In this document: positions 17,790-26,384 of the stretch, one piece after another
How the letters are laid out: each line of letters opens with the position of its first letter
How positions within the stretch are numbered: the stretch's first letter is position 1
NCBI GenBank assembly: GCA_963705375.1
Contig: OY970071.1
Coordinates: 1,050,001 to 1,082,000 of the forward strand
Length of the DNA stretch: 32,000 nt
Reading direction: 5' to 3'
From: Candidatus Saccharimonadota bacterium
Lineage (GTDB): Archaea > Micrarchaeota > Micrarchaeia > Micrarchaeales > Micrarchaeaceae
The notes under the pieces: model-generated
Told to the model about the DNA's origin: nothing
Database searches by the model: none
What the model saw: the letters and a program-made list of their open reading frames with translations, nothing else
Made by a program: the position numbers and the translations under genes

Positions 17790-17826
17790 ATGCGCGCCTT
17801 GCGACGCGCATTCGAAAGGAAAAAGG
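17790..17826 (-). terminator. Candidate dnaG terminator: T5 and T3 runs followed by the hairpin atgcgcg-N8-cgcgcat
   Basis: On the minus strand the dnaG stop is followed directly by cctttttcctttcg. A perfect 7-bp stem hairpin follows at 17790-17811. Confidence 0.3.
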
Positions 17827-19350
17827 CTATTTCTCTGTGGTGTACACGGCGATGTTCGCTGGCATCTTGAAGACCTGCCCTTGCCTGTTCGCATAGACCG
17901 ACTTGATGCCGCGCGCGCTTGCAAGCTCTAGCAGGCGCTGCGTTATCACGCCGTCGAACACTATCGCTGCCACGTTGTTCGTCTCCTGTATGCTCTGCAG
18001 CAGGTCCCTGACCGGTATCTCTGCCAGCATGCTGCCGTCAGAACCGTACAGCCTTCCGCGCAGAGTGTTGTGCAGCTCGCCTAGCGCCGTGACGAACTTC
18101 GGTTTGTTGGCATCATCGGGCTGCGGAGCTGCCTGCTGGACCGAAGGTGCGCTGCCGATTGTCGGTATGCCATCAATGCCTCTCGATATTGCGGAGGGCT
18201 GGCGCATCTCTCTCAAGTCTTTTATGCCCGTGTCTGGCTCCTGGCGCGTGAATGGCGCTTTCGGTTGTTCCTGCCTAAACGGTGTCCTGTTGAGCAGCCT
18301 GTTTGATATCGCAGTAGGGCTCGGCGCGGCCTCTGTCACATTGCTAGTGATAGCTGCTGCGCTTGTGCTATTGTTCGTAGGTTCAGAATATCTCTGGTTG
18401 TAGTTTGGAGCCTCGGCATACCTCTGTCCTGCATTCGCATTGTCCGGATATCTTTGGTTCTGCTGCGGTTTCGTCGGATGCATCTGAATGATGCTCCTCT
18501 GCCTCTGCCTGCTTGACTCTTGAGAAGAACTGGTCCACAGGCACTCTGGCGCGCAGCGCCTTTATTATGTCCTTCCTTGTGAGTTCCTCGACCTCCTTGC
18601 CGCTTGGCGCCTTTGAGATGTAGTCCAAGTCTGCAACGCTAATCAGGTTCTTTGCTATTATGTCGCCGCCGCGGTCGCCGTCGATGAACAGCGTCGTTTC
18701 CTTCGAGTTGATGAGATCGATTATCGTCTTCGGTATTGCTGCCTGTGGCGCCGCCAACCGCGATGCAGTTCTCTATGTCGTTCCTGAGCAGGTTCACCAC
18801 GTCAGCGCGGCCTTCAACCAGGATTATTTCGTTGCTGTTGGCTATCTCCGGGCCTGCAGGCAGGTTCTCCGGGCCGTAGGTTGTTATTATGCTCGACTTG
18901 ACCTCCGTCTCAACGAGCTCGCTGATCTCCTTGCTGTCTGGTATCTCTGTCGTGAGCAGCGTCTTGAGCAGCTCTTTCGCCCTAGTTACTATGCGCTTCC
19001 TCCTGTCGCTTCGCGTGTCAGCGACTTTCTCTATCTTGAATGCGGTCTCAAACGGCCCTACCCTGTCAACAGATTCTATCGCAGCTGCCAGTATGCAGGT
19101 ATCAACTCTGCCTAGCGAAGATGGAAGGAACAGCTTGCCGCTTGTCTTGCCGCTTAAATTCGTCGGCTTCTATCTCTATCCTGCCTATCTTGCCGTTCTT
19201 CTGCAGCTCGCGCAGGTCGAGATCGCCTCCAAGGAGGCCTTCGGTCTGGCCGAAGACAGCGCCTATTATGTCGGGCCTTTCGACTATTCCGTCAACTTCG
19301 AACTTGGTTTCAACCATGTATTTTACAACGTCTATGTATGTTTTTGCCAT
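17827..19350 (-). pseudogene. dnaG: Archaeal DnaG primase (TOPRIM), three +1 frame disruptions as sequenced
   Basis: The gene is read across four frames.
- Fragment 1 is 19350 to about 19160: [61 protein letters not shown].
- Fragment 2 is by hand translation and has no start codon, so it is absent from the track: [34 protein letters not shown]...IILVEGRADVVNLL...CIAVGG.
- Fragment 3 is ORF 18383..18757: IPKTIIDLINSKETTLFIDGDRGGDIIAKNL.
- Fragment 4 is ORF 17827..18483: ...AAIVFDGVITQRLLELASARGIKSVYA. Confidence 0.88.
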
Positions 19351-19596
19351 GCTATCACTTTTGTGTAATAGCCACAAAGAAGCAGAAAGGGCTTGCTCAC
19401 GCTATGCGTCTATGCAATGCTACTGCAGTGCGCTCAATTGGACCAGACACAATGTTTAGGTATAAGTGCATATACAAACCTTCAAGCTGATTATGACTAT
19501 ATGTATATAAAATTAACAACAAACAATTATAAAGCTAATGTACTGCTAAAGCTAACACATTGCTGTGCGTCGCGTTGAAGCGCCGGTGGTGTTTGT

Positions 19597-20488
19597 TTGA
19601 ACTATGTCGTGGCACTGCCTTTTGATGCGAAACTTGCGGAGTTCCTGGGAAAAGGGGCTCGGAGAACAGCATAACCTACTATAACAGGAAGGCCGGAGAC
19701 GATGTGATGGTCTTCATTGCGCCCACTTCCATAGAGGAGAAGTTCTATGCCGTGGCGGAGGTGCTGACTGTTGCAGACCAGGTCATAATGAGCACTTCAG
19801 ATGTGAATAAGCTCTTCGGGGAGCTTCTTGTCGCGTGCTCCCTTCTTGGCAAGCACGTAATATTCACCACGGACAACAGCATCGACATGCTGCTCTCTGG
19901 GGTAAAGCTGTCGGATTTCGAGTTCTCTGAAAGGGACGAGCTTCTGCAGAAGATAGCTGCGAAAAAACCAAGCGCATCCCGGACAGGCAGTCCGGGTCGA
20001 CATCGACAAGGCTTTCAACGTGAAGGGCATAGGCGGGGTTGTTCTTGGGATAGTGACCAAGGGCACTGTGCATGTGCACGACGAGCTATACTTTGGCGCC
20101 CAGAAAGTGACCGTAAGGTCGATTCAGAGCCAGGATGTCGACATACCTGAGGCTGGTCCATGCACGCGTGTGGGTCTTGCCCTTAAAGGCATAGAGATCG
20201 GTGAGATAGACAAAGGCGACCTACTCACAAAGGAAACGAACCAGAAGGTGGGCAAGGTGTCCGTGAAGCCTTCAGGTCAGCAGCATAAGCAAAGAGGGTC
20301 TTGTGGCCGGAAAGAGCTACACTTTTGTGTCCAATTTCTCAGTATCTAGGGCAACTGTGGAATCTGTCTCTGGAACGGCTGTGCGCTTAAAACTGGAGAA
20401 GCCGTTGGCATTGCAGATAGGAGACGAATTCCTGCTCATCAGGGAGCAGACGCCCAGAATCTTCGCAAAGGGTACAATCGTTTCTTGA
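19597..20488 (+). pseudogene. EF-Tu/SelB-like protein with a degenerate (non-GTPase) G domain plus beta-barrel domains, three frame disruptions as sequenced
   Basis: The gene starts at TTG 19597 and is read in four pieces.
- Piece 1: LNYVVALPFDAKLAEFLGK.
- Piece 2, after a -1 shift at about 19650-19657: GSENSITYYNRKAGDDVMVFIAPTSIEEKF... (ORF 19704..20150).
- Piece 3, after a +1 shift at about 19980: VRVDIDKAFNVKGIGGVVLGIVTKGTVHVHDELYF (ORF 20020..20349).
- Piece 4, after a +1 shift at about 20270: LQVSSISKEGLVAGKSYTFVSNF...IFAKGTIVS (to 20488).
P-loop, DxxG and NKxD motifs are absent. Confidence 0.7.
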
Positions 20489-20548
20489 AGAATAGGGTGA
20501 CGCGCCTTTCACGATTTTATCCAAGATAAGGCACGAACGTACTGTTTG

Positions 20549-20929
20549 CTATGCTGATTTTTTCTTCTTATTCTTCGGTATGAACTTCAGTGATATGGAG
20601 TTTACGCAGTGCCTCACGTTCTTTGCAGTTAAGTGCTCGTCCTCAAAGACGTGGCCGAGATGCGCTCCGCATTTTGCGCACTGGATCTCTGTACTCATGC
20701 CGTCAGGATCAGGCAATCTCTTGACCGCACCCTTTATTTCCTGATCGAAGCTCGGCCAGCCGCATCGTGCGTCGAACTTGTCATCAGAACGGTACAATGG
20801 GGTGCCGCACCTCTTGCAGACGTAGGTTCCTGGTTCAAAGAAATTGTCGTACTCTCCAGTGAACGGAGTTTCTGTCCCTTTGTGGACCATCACCCTCTCT
20901 TCCTCTGGCGTGAGCTTGTTCAACTTCAC
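20549..20929 (-). CDS. msrB: Peptide-methionine (R)-S-oxide reductase MsrB
   Basis: 126-aa ORF with two zinc CxxC pairs (CKRCGTPL, CAKCGAHLGHVF) and the catalytic RHCVNS motif. Confidence 0.93.
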   Translation of the reverse strand: MKLNKLTPEEERVMVHKGTETPFTGEYDNFFEPGTYVCKRCGTPLYRSDDKFDARCGWPSFDQEIKGAVKRLPDPDGMSTEIQCAKCGAHLGHVFEDEHLTAKNVRHCVNSISLKFIPKNKKKKSA

Positions 20930-20952
20930 ATATCCACCTCACATGCTCTTTT

Positions 20953-20962
20953 CAGTATACTG
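20953..20962 (-). promoter_or_regulatory. Candidate TATA element (palindrome cagtatactg) for msrB
   Basis: Centred about 28 nt upstream of the msrB ATG. This is consistent with an archaeal TATA box driving a leaderless or short-leader transcript. Confidence 0.3.
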
Positions 20963-20999
20963 ACTTATGTTTTTCTGTATATGGCTGTGATCTGCTGTG

Positions 21000-22025
21000 T
21001 CATGGAATTACGTTGCCTACAAACAGGTTGCCAAGAGTGTTTGCAGCGCTATCGTTTCTTCCAAGACTTCCAAGGCCGTACATGCCTTCTATCGTCGCGA
21101 GCAACGAATATTGGGAGTAGTATGTCGCATTATCCTCAAATCCAGTCTTTGAACGTGGAGATATCGCAATCAGCAGGATGTTGCCTCCGCTGCTGCCGTT
21201 AAATCCGGATGTGTCTGAATTTGCAGACTCATCCCACGTCACAAATATCGTCATGTTTGCTGGTGCTGCGCTTTTGATGACCATGCTCAGAAATCCTCTA
21301 AGCCAATTGTCCGTGCACTGCAGGGAAGTCCCAGATGGCGGGCACACTGCAATGTTTGGTGGGCTCGTATGTCCATCATCAAGTACGTTTGGGGCTATGA
21401 AAGAGAAGTCCGGAAGCTGATCGTTATTAATGTCGGTATAGAACCGAGAAAGTGGGACTATGTTGTTGCATCTTATGGTGTTGCTCACGATGTCTGTGTA
21501 ATAGACAAACGGGTCATGCCTGCTTACATAGCCGTATGTGCCTCCTGCATTTGATAGTCCATTAATGCATGAGGGTGCCCTTGAATCAGGCATCGATTCC
21601 ATGTATGCTTTCCATGTTATGCCCTTTTTCGATAGCAAGTCTACCAGATTTGTGTCACTGAGCGAATTAACCGGATAATAATCACTTTTAACTCCTAGGC
21701 TTCCCCCTGCGGTTAGCGCTATGTAGTTAGGCAGGGACGGGTGCGCCAGCGCATAGTACTTTCCTGCAATCGAATAGTTTGGCATCAGCACGCTGTTTAT
21801 GTACGGGGCATCCGTATTGCCTATTATGTCTCCTTTTCTCTGGTTTTCAAGCAGTATCACTATGACATGATTTCCTGAAATTGAATTTGCTGTCATGATT
21901 GTTGTTGTGCTTGTCGTATTCGTGGGTCTTGGTGCAAAGCGCAAGTAAAGCAGTGTCATTACCGCTGCTGCCAGCAATAGCAGTGCGCATGCTGCAAAAG
22001 TCAGTATTCTATACTTGTCATCCAC
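21000..22025 (-). CDS. Membrane-anchored phosphoesterase-family protein (acid phosphatase/phospholipase C-like)
   Basis: 341-aa ORF with an N-terminal TM (ILTFAACALLLLAAAVMTLLYL). VIVILLENQ and HPSLPNYIALTAGG match my memory of phosphoesterase-family motifs (ENRSFD-like; PSxPNYLAL). Confidence 0.7.
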   Translation of the reverse strand: MDDKYRILTFAACALLLLAAAVMTLLYLRFAPRPTNTTSTTTIMTANSISGNHVIVILLENQRKGDIIGNTDAPYINSVLMPNYSIAGKYYALAHPSLPNYIALTAGGSLGVKSDYYPVNSLSDTNLVDLLSKKGITWKAYMESMPDSRAPSCINGLSNAGGTYGYVSRHDPFVYYTDIVSNTIRCNNIVPLSRFYTDINNDQLPDFSFIAPNVLDDGHTSPPNIAVCPPSGTSLQCTDNWLRGFLSMVIKSAAPANMTIFVTWDESANSDTSGFNGSSGGNILLIAISPRSKTGFEDNATYYSQYSLLATIEGMYGLGSLGRNDSAANTLGNLFVGNVIP

Positions 22026-22048
22026 AGCATATTAAAAATGATGCAACC

Positions 22049-22057
22049 TTTATAATA
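22049..22057 (+). promoter_or_regulatory. Candidate TATA box tttataata for thrC
   Basis: Centred about 31 nt upstream of ATG 22084. Confidence 0.3.
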
Positions 22058-22083
22058 GATTGCTAGAGTTTGGTGAGCGTTGC

Positions 22084-23190
22084 ATGGAATATCGATTGGT
22101 CTGTACGAAATGCGGGTATGTCGAAGACGACAAAAAGTTCAGGTGCCAAAAATGCGGCTCGATACTGGAAGTAACGTACAAATATGCTAGGCTCGGTCGG
22201 AGCGGCGTTTTTCAACGTAACAAGAAAGGCATCGCAAGGTATCTCTGCCTTTTACCTACTCGGAAACTTTACTCTCTTGGAGAGGGTGGAACCCCTCTGC
22301 GCAGGATACGGCCGAAGTCCGTGCCTGATGTCGAGGTGCTGCTCAAGCTTGAAACCACAAATCCCACAAAGACGTTCAAAGACAGGGGTTCTGTCGTTGA
22401 GATTTCAAAAGCTCTCGAACTGCACGCAAGTACAGTGTGCTGTGCTTCAACCGGCAACATGGGGCTCTCAGTCGCGCACTATGCGAAGCGTTTCGGCATA
22501 AAGGCTGTGATCTTCATAAGCAAAGACGCCAGCAAGGCAAAGATAGCGAAGATAAGGGCACAGGGTGCAAGAATTTCATACGTATCCGGTGATTTCAATG
22601 CCGCGCTGAGAAGTGCGGAGGCGTTCGCAAAGAAGACTGGTGCATTCTTGTGCGGAGACTATCACTTCCGAAAAGAGGGGCAAAAGACCGTTGTGTACGA
22701 AATTGCAGAACAGATGAAAGGCAAAATGCCAGACTACCTCTTTGTGCCTGTGGGCAACGGCACGCTGTTCTCGGGAATATACAAGGGCTTGTACGAGATG
22801 CACAGGTACGGTATGATAGACAAGATGCCGCGCCTGGTTGCAGTGCAATCTGAAACGTGCAGTCCTGCAGTGACTGCCTACAATAACCACAGGAGCATTA
22901 GGTATGTGAAACCCAAGACTGCCGCAGACGCCATAGCTGTCGGCTACCCCACTTTCGGCTTCGAGGTGATGGCTGCAATAAAAGGGACACATGGCTCTGC
23001 AGTCGGAGTGTCTGACGATGAGATAAAGGATGCCGTCAGAATGCTGGAAGAATACGGAGTGTATGCAGAGCTAGGAGGTGGTGCAAGCTTTGCCGGATTT
23101 CTACACGCGTACAACGAGAATGGCAAGCAGTTCAAGAAAAAGAAAATAGCTATAATAATAACCGGAAATAATGAGGGGCGTTTCACATAG
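22084..23190 (+). CDS. thrC: Threonine synthase (PLP-dependent, with N-terminal zinc ribbon)
   Basis: Within ORF 22060..23190; ATG at 22084 (MEYRLVCTKCG...CQKCG). The PLP-lysine motif is NPTKTFKDRGS, with GNMG and other fold type II features. Confidence 0.88.
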   Translation: MEYRLVCTKCGYVEDDKKFRCQKCGSILEVTYKYARLGRSGVFQRNKKGIARYLCLLPTRKLYSLGEGGTPLRRIRPKSVPDVEVLLKLETTNPTKTFKDRGSVVEISKALELHASTVCCASTGNMGLSVAHYAKRFGIKAVIFISKDASKAKIAKIRAQGARISYVSGDFNAALRSAEAFAKKTGAFLCGDYHFRKEGQKTVVYEIAEQMKGKMPDYLFVPVGNGTLFSGIYKGLYEMHRYGMIDKMPRLVAVQSETCSPAVTAYNNHRSIRYVKPKTAADAIAVGYPTFGFEVMAAIKGTHGSAVGVSDDEIKDAVRMLEEYGVYAELGGGASFAGFLHAYNENGKQFKKKKIAIIITGNNEGRFT

Positions 23191-23245
23191 CGCCCCTTGC
23201 GCCAACAAGCGCGATTTACTCTCTGATGACGTAGCTTTTGTGCAA

Positions 23246-23653
23246 CTACTCTGTCGGTTTGCCGTCAAACTCTTCCTCGCTAGACAGGGCTTCTTCCTTT
23301 GTGCGATGGACAGTGCCGTCCTTGTGGTGAGGCGGTGAGTATAGTGTGTAAAGTCTGAGGTCTGCAACTGAAGAGGTGTTGACGATATTGTGTTTTGCCC
23401 CTGCAGGCACAACTATTCCATCACCATCTTTTACTATGTGCTCTGTACCGTTGATGACGACTTTCCCTTCTCCAGAGTCTATTCTGAAGAATTGGTCGTT
23501 GTCCTTGTGCGCCTCCATGCCTATTTCATCCGTTGGCTTTATGCTCATAAGAACAAGCTGGCTGTGCTCACCTGTATAAAGGACGCGCCGGAATAAGCCA
23601 TTCTTTTTGGTTTCTCCTTCCAGATGTACTACATATCCTTTTTTGTCTTTCAT
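23246..23653 (-). CDS. Cupin-domain protein
   Basis: Within ORF 23246..23764; ATG at 23653 (MKDKKGYVV). Cupin motif 2 is GDGIVVPAGAKHNIVN, and motif 1 is EIGMEAHKDNDQFFRIDSGEG. Confidence 0.8.
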   Translation of the reverse strand: MKDKKGYVVHLEGETKKNGLFRRVLYTGEHSQLVLMSIKPTDEIGMEAHKDNDQFFRIDSGEGKVVINGTEHIVKDGDGIVVPAGAKHNIVNTSSVADLRLYTLYSPPHHKDGTVHRTKEEALSSEEEFDGKPTE

Positions 23654-23806
23654 AAAACTCACGCGCAAACCCTTCACAACTACAGAATAAAAATGTATGC
23701 TCTTTGAGAAAGAGGTCAAAATCACGTATGGCGCTTCTTGGCCTTTTCCAGACTCAAGCAACAAGCTTATCTATATTTTGCCGAAACAGATATTTCGTGT
23801 GTCATT

Positions 23807-24352
23807 ATGGCCAAGCGGGCGTTCATAATTCATGGCTTTGGCGGCAATCCGTATTGCAATTGGTTTCCTTGGCTGAAGGCAGAGCTTACCAAGCGAGGAT
23901 ATGAGGTTCTTGTGCCTGCCATGCCTAATCCGTCAAAGCCGAAGGCCACCGAATGGGTGAATTGCATCAGCAAAACGGTCGGGGCCCCTACGGCATCAGA
24001 TTACCTGATAGGCCATAGCCTTGGAGTGATAGCAATACTCAGGTATCTTCAGCAGCTTGGGCAAGGTCAGGAAGTCGGCGGAGCCGTGCTTGTCGCAGGT
24101 TTCTCTTATGATCTGGGCATAAACGAACTCTACAACTTCGTTGATTCTCCTGTCGACTGGGCTTCGATAAAGAAGCATTGCAGCAAGTTCGTTGCGCTGC
24201 ATTCGGACAACGATCCGTACATAACGCTGGCCAGCGGAGACATTTTCAAAGAAAAGCTTGGCGCAAAGCTGGTAGTCAAGCACAACGTGGGGCATTTTCT
24301 GGACGCACAACTGCCGGAAGTCCTCAATGCTGTTCTGGAGTTGTCAGACTAG
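23807..24352 (+). CDS. Alpha/beta serine hydrolase (YdeN/RBBP9-like)
   Basis: Within ORF 23738..24352; ATG at 23807 (MAKRAFIIHGFGGNP). It has the nucleophile elbow GHSLG, plus HSDNDPYI and a late GHF. Confidence 0.8.
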   Translation: MAKRAFIIHGFGGNPYCNWFPWLKAELTKRGYEVLVPAMPNPSKPKATEWVNCISKTVGAPTASDYLIGHSLGVIAILRYLQQLGQGQEVGGAVLVAGFSYDLGINELYNFVDSPVDWASIKKHCSKFVALHSDNDPYITLASGDIFKEKLGAKLVVKHNVGHFLDAQLPEVLNAVLELSD

Positions 24353-24428
24353 GGTTATTCTATAAGGTCCCACTGGCATCTGCTCTAAGTATGCGGTCCC
24401 ACAAAGTGCAATTTTGGGTGAGGCATTT

Positions 24429-25013
24429 TCACTGCTTGCTCGACTTGTGTATTGAAAGCACTTTTATGTCGAATCTCAACGTCTTGCCCGCTAGTGGTGG
24501 GTTAAAGTTGATTGTGGCTGTGTTGGTGCTTATGGCAGTCACAACTCCTTCCTGCATAGCTGTGCCAGCTCTTCTTGTAATGACCATTCCTGTATACATT
24601 GTAGTGTTTCCTAGCACGTTGGAAGGTACTTGTACTATCAGCGAAGAGTTTACATCACCATACGCTTCGCTTGGGGTCAATGTTACTGTCTTGTTTTCGC
24701 CTATGTGCATTCCTACAACCGCTTGGTCGAATCCAGTTATTAGCTGGCCTGAACCTACTGTGAATTGAAGCTGCTGCTTGCCGACATTTGTGTCAAATAC
24801 TGTGCCGTTCGTGAATGTTCCTGTATAACTGACATTGATTGTATCTCCAACTGTAACAACTGACGTGGCCGCACTGCTGTTAACAAAATAAACAGCACCG
24901 CATATCAGCACTATTATTGCGATAGCTGCCGCTGCATATTTTGTATTTATCTCAAATTTCTTCGGTTCTTTTGATTCCGTCTTGGCTTTCTTGTTCTCTT
25001 TGGTTTCCATCAT
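24429..25013 (-). CDS. FKBP-type peptidyl-prolyl isomerase (SlyD-like with insert-in-flap), N-terminal TM anchor
   Basis: Within ORF 24429..25067; ATG at 25013. Motifs are VGDTINVSYTGTFTNGTVFDTN, GSGQLITGFDQAVVGMHIGENKTVTLTPSEAYG and PLAGKTLRFDIKVLSI. Confidence 0.85.
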   Translation of the reverse strand: MMETKENKKAKTESKEPKKFEINTKYAAAAIAIIVLICGAVYFVNSSAATSVVTVGDTINVSYTGTFTNGTVFDTNVGKQQLQFTVGSGQLITGFDQAVVGMHIGENKTVTLTPSEAYGDVNSSLIVQVPSNVLGNTTMYTGMVITRRAGTAMQEGVVTAISTNTATINFNPPLAGKTLRFDIKVLSIHKSSKQ

Positions 25014-25187
25014 ATCACAATCGCAAACCTTTTGTGTGGATCGTACTGCAAAAGGCACATCTCCCACTAAGGTTTACGTTATGTTTGATGAAGGCTAAAT
25101 ACGTTACTCTGGCTGCAGTCTTGCAGTTATTTGACTTTGTCTGCTACACCTGTCTTTGCGAAGAGACCTGGTCGAGAGCCGCGATGC

Positions 25188-25385
25188 TCACCTGACGTAA
25201 TTAGGCATCTGCTTCTCAAAGACGAAACGTATCTCCTTCTTTTTATCGCAGAATTCGATAAATATCTCCGGCCGCTCGTACTCCAGCATGCCCTTGAGCA
25301 CCTTGTATGCTATCTTGTTGTGGAATGTTGACAGCGATGTTATCTTGTTATTTGAGCACTGGTTGTTATTGGTGTTTTTTGTCAT
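25188..25385 (-). CDS. Hypothetical small protein (65 aa)
   Basis: ORF with a TATA-like aatatatacat about 30-36 nt upstream of its ATG. I recognised no motif. Confidence 0.35.
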   Translation of the reverse strand: MTKNTNNNQCSNNKITSLSTFHNKIAYKVLKGMLEYERPEIFIEFCDKKKEIRFVFEKQMPNYVR

Positions 25386-25420
25386 ACGATGCGCCTCTCG
25401 ACCTTGTAGCTATGTATATA

Positions 25421-26231
25421 TTATGCGTTCTTTAGTATATATACATTATGTAACAAATCAGTACTAAATGGATAGAATTTGTACCAAATATAACAACTGG
25501 GGTTTGTGTCGATATGGCTGGTGAATGCCGCGCCTTTCTTCTGAGCAACAAAGTCAACGAGGTCCTTTATTGTCCGTACTGGCTTTTGCAGTTGCAACTC
25601 CAAGGACATTGTGCTGTCTGCACGAGTATATGCACGCCCTGGCAAAGTAGAAATAACTGACATCGCGGGCGATGGGTCTGACACCTGCACCTTCACGTCT
25701 CCATAGCCATCTCCTCCTGTCGTCCGAAACGCCTTCCACGTTTGAGGCCTGCACAGGCACTCTGGTCCTGCGGTCAACAACGCCTGCATGTCCGAGCTTC
25801 TGAATGAACGGGCTCAGTATTAGTACTGAATGCCAGTTTGCATATATTGTTACTTTCTTGCTTGTTACTTCGACCTTTTCCGGATCTACAAACAAGCCTA
25901 CATTCTTTTTACCTATCGCAGCGTCTGGTATGCAGCCTGCTGGGAATGTCCAGGATCTTCCTAGTGCATCCTTGTAAGCATCAAATACGTCCTTACCCTT
26001 TGCGAATGCACCTCCAGATATAGGGAATACCAGGACCTCCTTTGTCCAGGCGTTATAGTATCCCTTTTTCCTCAAGCGCACCCACTCCTTTGAGTATATC
26101 AGTGCATCGTCAAGCGCCACATTGGAAGGAAGCCCTCCTTTTTTCATAACGGCTTCCCTGGCTTCAAGCCAGCCCATATTCTCCCCTATCGGAATAACCG
26201 TCTGTTTTTGCACATAAAGCATGCTCTGCAC
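25421..26231 (-). pseudogene. Hypothetical protein, one +1 frame disruption as sequenced
   Basis: ORFs 25554..26231 and 25421..25789 overlap on the same strand. The tail of the first (RRRWLWRREGAGVRPIARD...) and the head of the second (MQALLTAGPECLCRPQTW) look out-of-frame. A join at about 25715-25728 gives ...VPVQASNVEGVSD/TGGDGYGDVKVQVSDP... Confidence 0.5.
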
Positions 26232-26384
26232 CTTAGAATGTCCTTGATCTCTCTTTTTGCTGCAGCTCTATTTTTATAGCATTAGGTGTAACCTTTGCGC
26301 CATTCTTGTCTGTAATATGTGTATGCCTTGCTGTGAATCACACAGAAATAAATGCTTTTGCATTGAAGTACCTATGTGAGGAAT

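Noticed and set aside
23174-23197. Hairpin ggggcg-N10-cgcccc overlapping the thrC stop, considered as a terminator
   Set aside because: It has no following T-run, and archaeal termination mainly uses oligo-T. It is too weak to annotate.
8128-25745. Programmed +1 ribosomal frameshifting (prfB-like or ciliate-like) as the explanation for the frame disruptions
   Set aside because: There is no common slippery or stop-codon context across sites. At rps6e the best restoration point is an A5 run upstream of the stop, not the stop itself. Two sites need -1. I keep it as an unlikely alternative pending read evidence.
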